A stretch of DNA of 63,999 bases, counting the filler, from Octopus bimaculoides (Eukaryota), in NCBI RefSeq assembly GCF_001194135.2. It is 7 parts of 7 records of this genome, joined end to end, with 100 filler letters (N's around TTAATTAATTAA, not from the genome) between each part and the next. Parts side by side here need not be neighbours in the genome. Positions count along the whole stretch, not along the records: positions 15,554 to 42,979 come from NC_068991.1; positions 43,080 to 49,697 come from NC_069007.1; 5 more parts are not named here. The stretch is one strand, 5' to 3'. Both the position numbers and the translations under genes were made by a program. Below are positions 38,264-49,797 of the stretch, piece after piece. The first letter of the stretch is position 1. Each line of letters opens with the position of its first letter. The notes beneath the pieces were generated by a model, which was not told where the DNA came from, searched no databases, and saw only the letters and a list, made by a program, of their open reading frames with translations.

Positions 38264-38790
38264 TAAATATATGCTCCTCAAAGTGACTCGAATATTATAC
38301 CTATAAGAAACAGGAACGCTAATACCGACACCCCCAAAAATAATCTAAATGGTTTATGTGACAGTAGAGTTAAGACAAATTGTAAATTTAACAATTACTG
38401 TAAACGCAAAATCCTAGTATACCAGGCCACAGTTGAATCTGGAGGTAAATATTTCTATTATCTTGGAGAAACAGAGTGTTACGCGAAATATCGTATCGCG
38501 AACCAGGAAGCCTCATTTCAAAATATTAATAAGCGTAATACCACAGGGCTTAGTAAATTTATTTGGAAACTTATAGAGAGTGATAAAATCTATAATATTA
38601 GATGGAATGTTCTAAATGATGCTCGATCTTGTAAACCATCAGCTAAGACATGTTCGCCCTGCCTAGATGAAACATATCATAACCTATTCTCTGAGCAGAA
38701 TCTCTTGAATGATAAATCAGAAAACGTTTACCAATGTTTGTATGCACATAAACGCACTTTTTCTAAATTTATATATTTATATAATTGTAT
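38264..38790 (+). mobile_element. Penelope-like GIY-YIG endonuclease domain fragment (open frame, no ATG)
   Basis: CDSRVKTNC..ILVYQATV..YYLGET..YRIANQEASF..TTGLSKFIWKL..IRWNVL..CSPCLDE..LLNDKSE..QCLYAH; parallels the minus-strand EN at 52800-53300. Confidence 0.82.
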
Positions 38791-39006
38791 AATTATATGT
38801 TATATATTTAAATTCCACCTTTCCCCCTATATTACATAACATGAAATTGAATTGCATATAATTTCACTACCATATTTCTTTTGTATATATACATTATTTA
38901 TATAGTTGGTGAACATAATTGCTTCCTAATCACATGTTCCATATATGTATATAAGGAAAATAAGACAAGGTAGAAAATGCTAAAATAATTTTATCATGAA
39001 GAACAT

Positions 39007-39041
39007 TTTAGTACCGGTTTCAGTCTTGGCGACCTTTTCAA
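39007..39041 (-). ncRNA. Degenerate hammerhead-like motif
   Basis: Minus: TTGAAAA-GGTC gccaa GACT-GAA-ACCGGT-A; palindromic stem III and GUA, but core has 2 substitutions and stem I is absent. Confidence 0.3.
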
Positions 39042-39247
39042 TTTAGAGTAAAGCCTGAAAAACAGTTAAATCGTGGAAAAATTAAATGAAATGTTTTTAA
39101 AAATATTTCCATAGTTTTTGAATATAAGGGACATTTTCCTTTTCTTTTTGTCTCTCTCTTTTTACACTCTTGTGAAGGCTTGGTAGTAGGTAGTAGTAGT
39201 CCTAAAAATTTATATGAGATACGAGTTCTTGATTTCGATTGTTTAAG

Positions 39248-39432
39248 CAGAAGAAGAAGAAGTAGAAGAAGAAGAAGAAGAAGAAGAAGAAGAAGAAGAA
39301 GAAGAAGAAGAAGAAGAAGAAGAAGAAGAAGAAGAAGAAGAAGAAGAAGAAGAAGAAGAAGAAGAAGAAGAAGAAGAAGAAGAAGAAGAAGAAGAAGAAG
39401 AAGAAGAAGAAGAAGAAGAAAGAAAAGAAGAA
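39248..39432. repeat. (AGA)n microsatellite
   Basis: Direct inspection. Confidence 0.95.
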
Positions 39433-40430
39433 GAAAAATATACGGGAGTGGTTTGACAGTAGTAGGATGTTGGTGGAGCCTTCTTAAATGGGCAAGTGAC
39501 CTAAAATTGACCTGTTGTAGAATTGTTCTGAATAAGTTCATGGGAAGTGACCGTTCTGAATATATCGTTTTTAAAACTTGCGCGCTTGTTGTAGTGTCAT
39601 TTGTGGTGTATGCATTCAACAGCGGTTTATATTTTGAGATAAGATATGCCTCTTTGCTAATGTACTGATGATAAGCAGATGCGAAGTTGTTTTTCACTGT
39701 AAAACGTCGACCCTATTTGAAAGAGAACTCCGATCTCTCAATTAGGTTGACGCATATACCACAGATAGGTCTTCCACATTTTTTTTACTAACGGCTTCAG
39801 AGTTGTTGTCGAGTGTACTCGGGCTAAATTGCGATCCATCTTTAAGTCCATATAAATAATAATCCCGCCGGTCTTCCATAGATATTACTCTAATGAAAGT
39901 TCAAACCTAATAAATTTTTTTCCAAAACGAAACATGATTGAAATTAATTTAACTAATATTTTTATAAGTGAAATACATTATTTCATCATTCAAAAGTTAA
40001 TAATAAAACACTACATACTCATTAATATATCGCCCCTACAAGCTATAATATTAAATTACCAGTGACTAATATACACTTAAATTTCATTAAATAGGAACTA
40101 AGAAAAGTACTTGTAATAAACTAATCTTATAAACCTTGCAATATTTAAAGCTAATTAAACTATTTAAAAAGCAATAAAACTGTTTAAAAAACAATAAAAC
40201 TACAAGTATTAACACTTACATGTTTAATCAGACACTTGGCTCCCTCACCAAGAATTTAAATATTGATGAGATGTGCTTAATTACCACTTTCTCAATTGTC
40301 TCAATAGCGGTGACGTAATAAGCATAATAAGCAAATAACTCGAATCGTAAGCCTTCAAATCCTTACAAATATTTGCTAAGCTGAAGAAGATATTACTCAA
40401 TATATTTATTTAAAATTTCAAGTTTCCCAC

Positions 40431-40720
40431 CTAAACAGCGATGAAGAGTTTTAACCATCTTACCACGTTTACTTGTTTTACTAAATGTCTTAACAGCTTA
40501 TTTATTCTTTTCAAAAATTTATTAGCATTATTGATAATAGTGCTACATCTAACGATTTGCCCTGCAAAAACACAATGACCAATAAAAGAAGGAATGTTAT
40601 TACTGAACCATGGTATTGAAGCCACTTGGAAACCAAAATGTTCTGTTTTATTATAGATCTCAGTACATATTACATTATTATCCATAATTACTAGACTGAC
40701 ATCGAAATAATTAATATTTC
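40431..40720 (-). mobile_element. Penelope-like RT thumb-region fragment
   Basis: TEIYNKTEHFGFQVASIPWFSNNIPSFIGHCVFAGQIVRCSTI..FLKRINKLLRHLVKQ resembles the lYdKrddF.F.i..fP...SNIP....gvyisQliR pattern of PLE RT C-termini. Confidence 0.65.
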
Positions 40721-40744
40721 TTATATTATTACCATTTCTGGTGG

Positions 40745-40826
40745 CTATGTATGTTTTTGTGCCTGTGTTTGTTCCCCCACCATCACTTGACAACCAATGT
40801 TGGTGTGTTTACGTCCCCGTAATTTA
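40745..40826 (+). mobile_element. SINE family A body fragment
   Basis: gtgtttgttcccccaccatcacttgacaaccaatgttggtgtgtttacgtccccgtaa. Confidence 0.75.
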
Positions 40827-41389
40827 GAATAAAAGAATATGGTTGGATGCTTTTCTGTACGTACATATATTGTATCTGTATTTCTTCAAAATATAGAGAG
40901 AAGTATTTTCTCAATCTGTATTTCACTTCTCTGCAGTGATGATTCTATATTATTTTCTGTCTATATTGCTTCACATTTTCACGATCATTGTTTTTTATAG
41001 AATCAAATATTTCATTAATGCCACATACTGTACTAGATTTGACATTCTAGCCTACGTTCTTGAAATGTTTCTTACAAGAAAAAAAAACAAAAGAAAAAAC
41101 AAAGCATTATTCAACACTTTAATTATTTGTGTATGTGTATTTATGCATACATAAATACACATACACAAACACACACATATACATGCATACTGATACAATG
41201 TGTGTGTTTGTGTATGTGTATTTATGTATGCATGTATGCTCTTACACATTGATTGGTATGTGTTGTCCAACCCACTATCCGGCAGCGTACAATTCTCTAA
41301 CGGTTTTTTTCAAATGAATCAAGTCATAACCTTATCCATCTATTGTTTTCATAATCGGTCATAATGTCTTACGTTTAAGATGATTCCCA

Positions 41390-41484
41390 TGCTTTCTCTG
41401 ATGAGAAGGTTACAATTTTAATATCAAAGATCCCTATGGATCACACAGGTTGTAATCCTTTGAAACATATGTAGGAATAAAGTA
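41390..41484 (+). ncRNA. Type I hammerhead ribozyme candidate with intact core and extended stem II
   Basis: TGCTTT CT-CTGATGA(41398-41404)-G AAGG TTACAA [..GATCC ctat GGATC..] TTGTAA t CCTT T-GAA-ACATATGT-A(41473)-GG aat AAAGTA. Palindromic stem III, GUA triplet, bulged stem I, AATAAA at 41476-41481. Confidence 0.72.
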
Positions 41485-42187
41485 NNNNNNNNNNNNNNNN
41501 NNNNNNNNNNNNNNNNNNNNNNNNNNNNNNNNNNNNNNNNNNNNNNNNNNNNNNNNNNNNNNNNNNNNNNNNNNNNNNNNNNNNNNNNNNNNNNNNNNNN
41601 NNNNNNNNNNNNNNNNNNNNNNNNNNNNNNNNNNNNNNNNNNNNNNNNNNNNNNNNNNNNNNNNNNNNNNNNNNNNNNNNNNNNNNNNNNNNNNNNNNNN
41701 NNNNNNNNNNNNNNNNNNNNNNNNNNNNNNNNNNNNNNNNNNNNNNNNNNNNNNNNNNNNNNNNNNNNNNNNNNNNNNNNNNNNNNNNNNNNNNNNNNNN
41801 NNNNNNNNNNNNNNNNNNNNNNNNNNNNNNNNNNNNNNNNNNNNNNNNNNNNNNNNNNNNNNNNNNNNNNNNNNNNNNNNNNNNNNNNNNNNNNNNNNNN
41901 NNNNNNNNNNNNNNNNNNNNNNNNNNNNNNNNNNNNNNNNNNNNNNNNNNNNNNNNNNNNNNNNNNNNNNNNNNNNNNNNNNNNNNNNNNNNNNNNNNNN
42001 NNNNNNNNNNNNNNNNNNNNNNNNNNNNNNNNNNNNNNNNNNNNNNNNNNNNNNNNNNNNNNNNNNNNNNNNNNNNNNNNNNNNNNNNNNNNNNNNNNNN
42101 NNNNNNNNNNNNNNNNNNNNNNNNNNNNNNNNNNNNNNNNNNNNNNNNNNNNNNNNNNNNNNNNNNNNNNNNNNNNNNNNNNNNNNN

Positions 42188-42244
<57 letters not shown>

Positions 42245-42579
42245 GCATATGCAGACATACACGCATAACATTCACACATATATGCATACATACATATGTA
42301 TATTTATACATATGTGTAAACATACATATGTGTATGGATGTATGTACGTATGTATGTATGTATGTATGTATGTATACACGCACATAAAATCACACAAGCA
42401 CGTTTGTTGGTTTCAACTGGGTATAACACGAAACCATGACATATGAGCTTTCTACTCCCGCTGAAAAAATGCGCTATAAGTTTTCACTAGGCTTTGCTTC
42501 ATTCCTTGTTATCTCCACCGAGAGACGCAGTGCCAATCCATGTCTCCAATATAGAGGAGACTATGTAGTTCCGGTTAAC

Positions 42580-42641
42580 ATGTCTGAAAAGTCATCAATA
42601 ATGCGTAAGAGCAATAGTCGGCGTGAAACGGATGATAACAT
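42580..42641 (+). ncRNA. Degenerate hammerhead-like motif, homologue of 76-136
   Basis: ATGT-CTGAAAA-gtcatcaataatgcgTAAGAGCAATagtcggCGTGAAACggATGaTAAC-AT; shares TAAGAGCAAT, CGTGAAAC and ATG-TAAC with the minus-strand motif at 76-136; stem I atgt/acat. Confidence 0.45.
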
Positions 42642-42686
42642 ATTTTAAACAATTATATATCATAACCAGTATATATTGCTCGCCAG

Positions 42687-42760
<74 letters not shown>

Positions 42761-42763
<3 letters not shown>

Positions 42764-42979
42764 CTTCTCACGGACGTGCTGTCACATCGGCTGCGAAGGT
42801 AAACGTTTATTTGGCCTTTTATTGTCCACATTTTGTTGGAATTTTTAAATAATTTTGTTGCGAAGCACCTAGGCTTCATTTGTGTGTATTTTCAAGGGCA
42901 GGAATTGACCCCCAGGGGCAGTTTTGGCCCTAGCAAAATACAAAAATTTCCTTCTTGACATTTGAAAAATGTCGAGAAA
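42761..42979 (+). repeat. Second copy of the young (TATC)n-headed repeat, truncated by scaffold end
   Basis: ~98% identical to 15194-15412. Confidence 0.85.
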
Positions 42980-43079
42980 NNNNNNNNNNNNNNNNNNNNN
43001 NNNNNNNNNNNNNNNNNNNNNNNTTAATTAATTAANNNNNNNNNNNNNNNNNNNNNNNNNNNNNNNNNNNNNNNNNNNN
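42980..43079. other. Artificial scaffold linker
   Basis: N44-TTAATTAATTAA(43024-43035)-N44. Confidence 0.97.
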
Positions 43080-43129
<50 letters not shown>

Positions 43130-43378
43130 AGTATATTTATACAAATATAAACAGATGCATGTGTACGTCAGTGTAAATAAATAAATATATATATTTATAT
43201 ATTTATATATATATATATAAATGCGTGTGTGCGTTTGTGTGTATGTGTATGTATGTGTGTATACATACACGAAAATGAAATATGTAAACTCCAAATTCAC
43301 GCATACATATACATTAGATACACGCAGTCATATATACATATCTACATATAAACATGCATACATCCATATATACATACA

Positions 43379-43411
<33 letters not shown>

Positions 43412-43723
43412 GCATACATATTTATAAGCAAGGCAAAAAATTGAAGAGCATCAATAAGACAATCATGAACGGAAATCACAATATCTGTTTCCGGTTATGA
43501 GACAGCGTTGGGCTATAAATTCAACAATTTAATCCCAAGAGATTTATTGGTCCATTATTAAGTGTGATTCTGATGTATTTATCATTATCGCTTCTTGCAA
43601 ATTCCAACAGGGGAATTCGCAAAATATTTTATATGCAGTACGCGCACATTCACACATAGCTATGTGTATGGAGGTAGGTAAATGTATGTATGTATGAATG
43701 TATGTATGCAAGTATGTATTCAG

Positions 43724-43807
<84 letters not shown>

Positions 43808-44189
43808 ATGTACAAACACACAGTCATATATATATAAACATACATATGTGCATGCATATATATATATATATNNNNNNNNNNNNNNNNNNNNNNNNNNNNN
43901 NNNNNNNNNNNNNNNNNNNNNNNNNNNNNNNNNNNNNNNNNNNNNNNNNNNNNNNNNNNNNNNNNNNNNNNNNNNNNNNNNNNNNNNNNNNNNNNNNNNN
44001 NNNNNNNNNNNNNNNNNNNNNNNNNNNNNNNNNNNNNNNNNNNNNNNNNNNNNNNNNNNNNNNNNNNNNNNNNNNNNNNNNNNNNNNNNNNNNNNNNNNN
44101 NNNNNNNNNNNNNNNNNNNNNNACATATATATATATATATGTGTGTGTGTGTGCATATATGTGTCTGCGTCTATTTTTATATGTATATG

Positions 44190-44251
<62 letters not shown>

Positions 44252-44949
44252 CACACACATAAATATATAAGAAACTGTATATGTACACAGTATATTTTCG
44301 ATACAGGTGTTTGTTTTTATATGAAAAATCCTCGATCTTCTACGCTGTAACTATTAGAAGTGGTTAATTCTTTAAACAGCATATACAATTAGCGAAAGCT
44401 GTGTTAGCCTAGGGTTGTTGAACAACAAAATATAAAGCAACGAGGTCCGACATATAATTATATAAAATGGTTTTAATAAAAGTATGTCTGAGATTAAACA
44501 AAATTTTGTTGGACTGTCATACTCGGAACATCTGTTGTCATAGATATATCAAACGAGAGATATTTTGCCTTGAGGGTTAACTGAGCACGAAACACAGAAT
44601 ATGCGACCCATTGCGTAACGTAATATTAAATGATTGATGTCTGCGAAGAAGCGAAAATTATATGTGCTAGTCACGATTGGAACTTCTTTCTTAGAGATAA
44701 GTTAAGTGAATGAGCTATTCTGTCCCCTGGCTTAAAAACAAAACAAAGCTTAAAACTAACTTGAAGTTAAGCTAGATTTCGTAACGTAAATTCAGAATAG
44801 AAACAAATATTCAATGCGATAAACATATTTGGTACGGTTTTTTTTGGAGTTTTTTTTTGTCATAGATATATTGCATCACAGTCATGTTAGCCTGGGAGAA
44901 AAGCAAGATAGGATACATTGGAGAACATGCTTTTAATGAAAGGATACGA

Positions 44950-45165
44950 AGGGCTGCGAATTGGCAGAATCATTAGCAGGCCAGGAAAAATGCTTAGAGG
45001 TATTTCGTCCACCTTTACGTTCCGTGTTCAAATGCAACCTAGGTTAATTTTATCTTTGATCCTTTCGCAGTCGGTAAAATAAGTATCAGTTGAGTACTTG
45101 AGTCGATATAATTGACTAACCCCTTCCTCCAAAATTTCAGTACTTGTGCCTATAGTAGACAGGAT
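44950..45165 (+). mobile_element. SINE family B, diverged
   Basis: aagggctgcgaattggcagaatcattagc..gttcaaatgc..aataagtatcagttgagtacttgagtcgat..cttgtgcctatagtag. Confidence 0.8.
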
Positions 45166-45191
45166 TATCATTATTATTATTATTATTGTTG

Positions 45192-45300
45192 TTCAGTAGT
45201 TTTATTTTTATAACGTGCTTTCACTTCACTACCGAGCGCAGCTCTGTGCGCCTTGGGTATGTGCTGTGGTTTGCTGTGATGCTCTTATGGTTACTCTTAT
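45192..45300 (-). mobile_element. Short retroposon 3'-UTR-like fragment ending in an (AAC/AAT)n tail (duplicated at 45554-45660)
   Basis: Minus: ..gctgcgctcggtagtgaagtgaaagcacgttataaaaataaaactactgaa followed by trinucleotide tail; parent family not established. Confidence 0.4.
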
Positions 45301-45320
45301 TCTTCTTATTCTTCTTCTTC

Positions 45321-45351
<31 letters not shown>

Positions 45352-45735
45352 TGTTGTTGTTATTAGCCGCTGAGGCGGCGANNNNNNNNNNNNNNNNNNN
45401 NNNNNNNNNNNNNNNNNNNNNNNNNNNNNNNNNNNNNNNNNNNNNNNNNNNNNNNNNNNNNNNNNNNNNNNNNNNNNNNNNNNNNNNNNNNNNNNNNNNN
45501 NNNNNNNNNNNNNNNNNNNNNNNNNNNNNNNNNNNNNNNNNNNNNNNNNNNNNTTCAGTAGTTTTATTTTTATAACGTGCTTTCACTTCACTACCGAGCG
45601 CAGCTCTGTGCGCCTTGGGTATGTGCTGTGGTTTGCTGTGATGCTCTTATGGTTACTCTTATTCTTCTTATTCTTCTTCTTCTTCTTCTTCTTCTTCTTA
45701 TTATTATTATTATTACTATTGTTGTTGTTATTAGC

Positions 45736-46130
45736 CGCTGAGGCGGCGAGCTGGTAGAATCGCAAGCACACTGGACAAAATGCTTAGCATCATTTTCTCC
45801 GTCTCTATCTTTTGAGCCCGAAATCTATAGTGGTCGACTTTGCCTTTCATCCTTTCGGGACTTAACAACAACAGGAAGAAAAACAAGGTAGGGTATATTG
45901 GAGAACATGCTTTTAATATAAATGATACCTCGGTCGGCGAGCTGGCAGAACCGTTAGCACGCCAGGAAATATGCTTACAGTTATTTCGTCCGCTTTTACG
46001 TTCTGAGTTCAAATTCCGTCGAAGTAGACTTTTCTTCTTATCCTTTCGAATTCGATAAAAACAAGTCATTGTTAAATGACTCACCCAATCTCTCGAAATT
46101 GCCGACCTTCTGCCAAAATTTAAAATCAAT
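45736..46130 (+). mobile_element. Two SINE family B copies (45736-45870 partial; 45933-46130) separated by one array unit
   Basis: Both begin ggcggcgagctgg(t/c)agaa; second contains gagttcaaattccgtcgaagtagac and tail ccttctgccaaaatttaaaatc. Confidence 0.8.
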
Positions 46131-46302
46131 ATAAAAGTTATGTGAAAACACGAAAACAAAATGTGTTGGACATCGCTGGGACTTCTTTTGTCATAGACAT
46201 AAATGAGTACTACTCTTGCCTGTGGTTAAACAACGAGAAAGACTATGGAGAAGGTAGGCTGTAATTGGATAGTTTTATTGTAGCAGAACATGCATTTGAA
46301 AG

Positions 46303-46437
46303 GGCCAGCCTTGTCACATTTTATGTAAAGGATACGCATGTCTGTGCTCAACCACTTTCACGTTAATTTCACTTGCAGTCTGTTCTATTGATCGGATCAA
46401 CTGGAACCACCATTGTCGTGAATGGCGAAGTGCCAAT
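46303..46437 (+). mobile_element. SINE family C 3' fragment
   Basis: gccagccttgtcaca..cacgttaatttcac..gatcggatcaactggaacc..gtgccaa aligns with 36880-37045. Confidence 0.7.
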
Positions 46438-46720
46438 TATCTATGCGCGTTTGTGTGTGCTTATATTGAATCAGGATCGCTTTGGCCTGAGGTTTAATGA
46501 CAACAGGAAAAATAAACAAAGCAAGATGTATTGGATAACGTACTTTTAATATGAAGATGTCTGAAAACACAAAAGAATATGGCAATGTCACATTTGGAAG
46601 GTCTTTTGTCATAGGTATATTAAATAAGGGTCACATTGGTTTGGAACTTAGCCACCACAGGAAAAACAAAGTAGGAGGCATTAGATAACATGTTCTTGCT
46701 GTAAAAATATCTGAAGACAA

Positions 46721-47138
46721 AGTGGCTGTGTGGTAAGAAGCTTGCTTACCAACCACATGGTCCCGGGTTCATTCCTACTGCATGGCACCTTGGGCAAGTG
46801 TCTCCTACTATAGCCTCGGGCCGACCAAAGCCTTGTGAGTGGATTTGGTAGACAGAAACTGAAAGAAGCCCGTCATATATATGTATATATATATATATAT
46901 ATGTATGTACGTGTGTGTATATGTTTGTGTGCCTGTGTTTGTCCCCCCAGCATCGCTTGACAACCGATGGTGGTGTGTTTACGTCCCCGTAACTTAGCGG
47001 TTCGGCAAAAGAGATCGATAGAATAAGTACTAGGCTTCCAAACAATAAGTCCTGGGGTCGATTTGCTCGGCTAAAAGGCGGTGCTCCAGCATGGCCGCAG
47101 TCAAATGACTGAAACAAGGAAAAAAGAGAGTAAAGAGT
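46721..47138 (+). mobile_element. SINE family A, full length, low divergence
   Basis: agtggctgtgtggtaagaagcttgcttaccaaccacatggtcccgggttcattcc head, internal TA/TG tract, complete body and tail. Confidence 0.92.
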
Positions 47139-47194
47139 ATAAAGATATATTTTTTCACGTACATATGAAATTGACACGGGAATAAATGATAATT

Positions 47195-47405
47195 CCAAAT
47201 TTTGATACGAGGCCAGCAATATCGAGGAGGGGGTAAATCGATAACATTGATCCCAGTGTTCAACTGGTACTTATTTTGCCGACCCCGAGTAGATAAAAGG
47301 TAAAGTCGACCTCGGCAGAATTTGAACTCAGAACGTACCGAGGACGAAATATCGCTATGTATTTTGCCTCGTGTGCTAGCGATTCTGCCAGGCTCGCCGG
47401 CTTGA
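47195..47405 (-). mobile_element. SINE family B, minus strand
   Basis: Plus text caactggtacttattttgccgacccc..aaagtcgacctcggcagaatttgaactcagaacgt..gattctgccaggctcgccggcctt is the reverse complement of family B. Confidence 0.85.
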
Positions 47406-47921
47406 TACGGAGCTAAATAATAGCAATCATAAAATTGATGTAGGATGTATTGGAAAATATGCTATCTCGGAAATGATATTTGAAGACAGATAAAACGATC
47501 ATATGGAATTGTCATATCTGGAACGTCTTTTGTCGCAGACATATTAAACTATGGTGACATTGGATTGGGACACAATAACAAGAAAAACGAATAGTGTAGG
47601 ATGAACAGAGGAACATTGTTTAAATAAAAAGGATGTTTTAAAACGGAAACCCCTCAAGGAGATTAGTACTGGGATAGTTACAGCCACCACGCCTTTAATC
47701 ACGGAGATATTTGATAATATTTGTTCATTTTTTAACGACAACGAAAATAACAAAAAACTATATGTAAAGCAACAACAAAAACAAACACGACCGCCTTTAC
47801 GATAATATCAACAATAATAAAAACAATAACGCTACTGAAATTCCACATTATTTTTCTCGTACTCTCTGCCATATAATACGTTGAATGTTGGCTAAGAATG
47901 CCAATTAGTGCCACTTCCTCT

Positions 47922-47963
<42 letters not shown>

Positions 47964-48181
47964 CTTTCTCTTGTACACACTCTTTCTGTCTCCCTCTATC
48001 TATCTCTGTCTCTCAGTACTATAATTATGCATTGTACAAGGGACGTTAGGAAAATGCCAATAAAGCCATGAGGCACACCAATTTGATAAACTGTGCCAAA
48101 ATCTTCCCTTCACAACTACTGAAATATTTCCAAAATATTGAAATTGATGTATTGAAATATAAAAGGCTATCATTAATAGTG

Positions 48182-48185
<4 letters not shown>

Positions 48186-48239
<54 letters not shown>

Positions 48240-48384
48240 CATCATCAGCAGCAGCAGCACCACCACCACCACCACCACCACCAGCAGTAGTAGCAGTTGT
48301 AGTAGTGGTGGTAGTATTGTTATTATTATTATCATCATTATTGTCATTATTCTGATTCATTTTCAAGTATTGTTGTTGTTGTTG

Positions 48385-48457
<73 letters not shown>

Positions 48458-48481
48458 CATTATTGCTACTACAACTATTAC

Positions 48482-48516
<35 letters not shown>

Positions 48517-48533
48517 CGAACGTCATCATCATG

Positions 48534-48566
<33 letters not shown>

Positions 48567-48568
48567 GA

Positions 48569-48601
<33 letters not shown>

Positions 48602-48735
48602 TAATATTATTACTATTATTATTATAATCATTATTATTAGTAGTATTATAATCATCATCATCATTATTATTATTATTATTGTTATTATTATTGTTATTAT
48701 TATTATTGTTGTTGTTGTTGCTGTTGTTGTTGTCT
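48186..48735. repeat. Compound (TAT)n/(CAT)n/(TGT)n microsatellite block
   Basis: Direct inspection. Confidence 0.92.
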
Positions 48736-49102
48736 TGTCACTATAATTGCGCGTAAAATATTTTAATCGAATCAAATACTAAACCGTGCAGGTTTATCAC
48801 TGGTTGAAAAAGGTCGTGGGTTCATCTAATTGTCGCCATTTTGTCTTGAGTTAGCGCATGCGAGTGCATCACATTTCTGTGTTTGATTGTGTATTTATGT
48901 GTGTCTGTGTTTATGTGCCCGTATTATATTCTATTTTCACCACTGTTCATCGAGAGGGCCCTATATCATTAGATTTATAATCAACAGCGCTCCATCCATG
49001 AAAACGCCGTCTTTGTCTTCTGTAACCTAAATTTGTATCGGATACTACCTCGACTATTGGTTAAAGTCCTAAATATGATCTTCACTACAACAGTTTTTTA
49101 AA

Positions 49103-49555
49103 GCAGGGAGCTGGCAGAATCGTCACCACGCCGGACTGTTGTGTCGACGCCCCCAGGCAAAGAAGTAGGATCTCCCAAGACATATAAATAGAGGTAGTCT
49201 GGCCGTGGTAGGGTGTTGAGTAGCAGTCGAGTAGCAGTTGTGTAGCGGTTGAGTAGAGATCATCCGAAGGTGCTAGATAGCAGTAGCATTGAGACATAAG
49301 AGTTGGCACGAGGATGAGATAGCTCACACAGCCACTGTGTAATATTGAGACATAACACGGACAAAATGCTTATCGGCAATTCATCCGTCTTTACATTTGA
49401 TTGAAATTCAGTCGTGTTCGAATTCGACTTTCATCTTTTCAGAGTTAAATAAATGCCAGTCAAGTACTGGGATCGATGAAATCGATTAGTGCCTCATATT
49501 CTGACCCCAAAATTTCAAGCCATGTGATTATAGTACCTATAATGGAAAAGATTAT
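49103..49555 (+). mobile_element. SINE family B interrupted by a solo LTR
   Basis: Head aagcagggagctggcagaatcgtcaccacgccggac resumes as cggacaaaatgcttatcgg after a 221-bp insert. Confidence 0.78.
49137..49357. mobile_element. Solo LTR (221 bp) with 5-bp TSD CGGAC
   Basis: Termini TGTTGTGTC..GACATAACA (8/9 inverted match, TG..CA); TSD at 49132-49136 and 49358-49362; TATA-like TATAAATA inside on plus. Confidence 0.82.
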
Positions 49556-49648
49556 CATAACAGATATGTGTAACTCCAAAGAATGTAGGCTGCTATTTCT
49601 AACCGCAAGAAATCCCACGTAGACCAAGGTAAATTCTTAGGCTACTCT

Positions 49649-49697
<49 letters not shown>

Positions 49698-49797
49698 NNN
49701 NNNNNNNNNNNNNNNNNNNNNNNNNNNNNNNNNNNNNNNNNTTAATTAATTAANNNNNNNNNNNNNNNNNNNNNNNNNNNNNNNNNNNNNNNNNNNN
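49698..49797. other. Artificial scaffold linker
   Basis: N44-TTAATTAATTAA(49742-49753)-N44. Confidence 0.97.

Larger units (their letters stand above)
44425..47650. repeat. Old degenerate ~150-bp tandem array interrupted by multiple SINEs
   Basis: Recurring words aggaaaaacaa..ag(a/g)atgtattgga(g/t)aacat..ttttaat..tctgaa(a/g)ac..ggaac..ttttgtcataga at ~44500, 44650, 44850, 44910, 45890, 46180, 46520, 46670, 47450, 47590; two ggataa/agataa anchors (46536, 46686) are exactly 150 nt apart. Confidence 0.7.

Noticed and set aside
41424-42383. Long ORFs made mostly of X (also 16112-17133, 18003-18791, 53109-54006, 57020-57967, 61564-62243)
   Set aside because: They span N gaps and are not evidence of coding.
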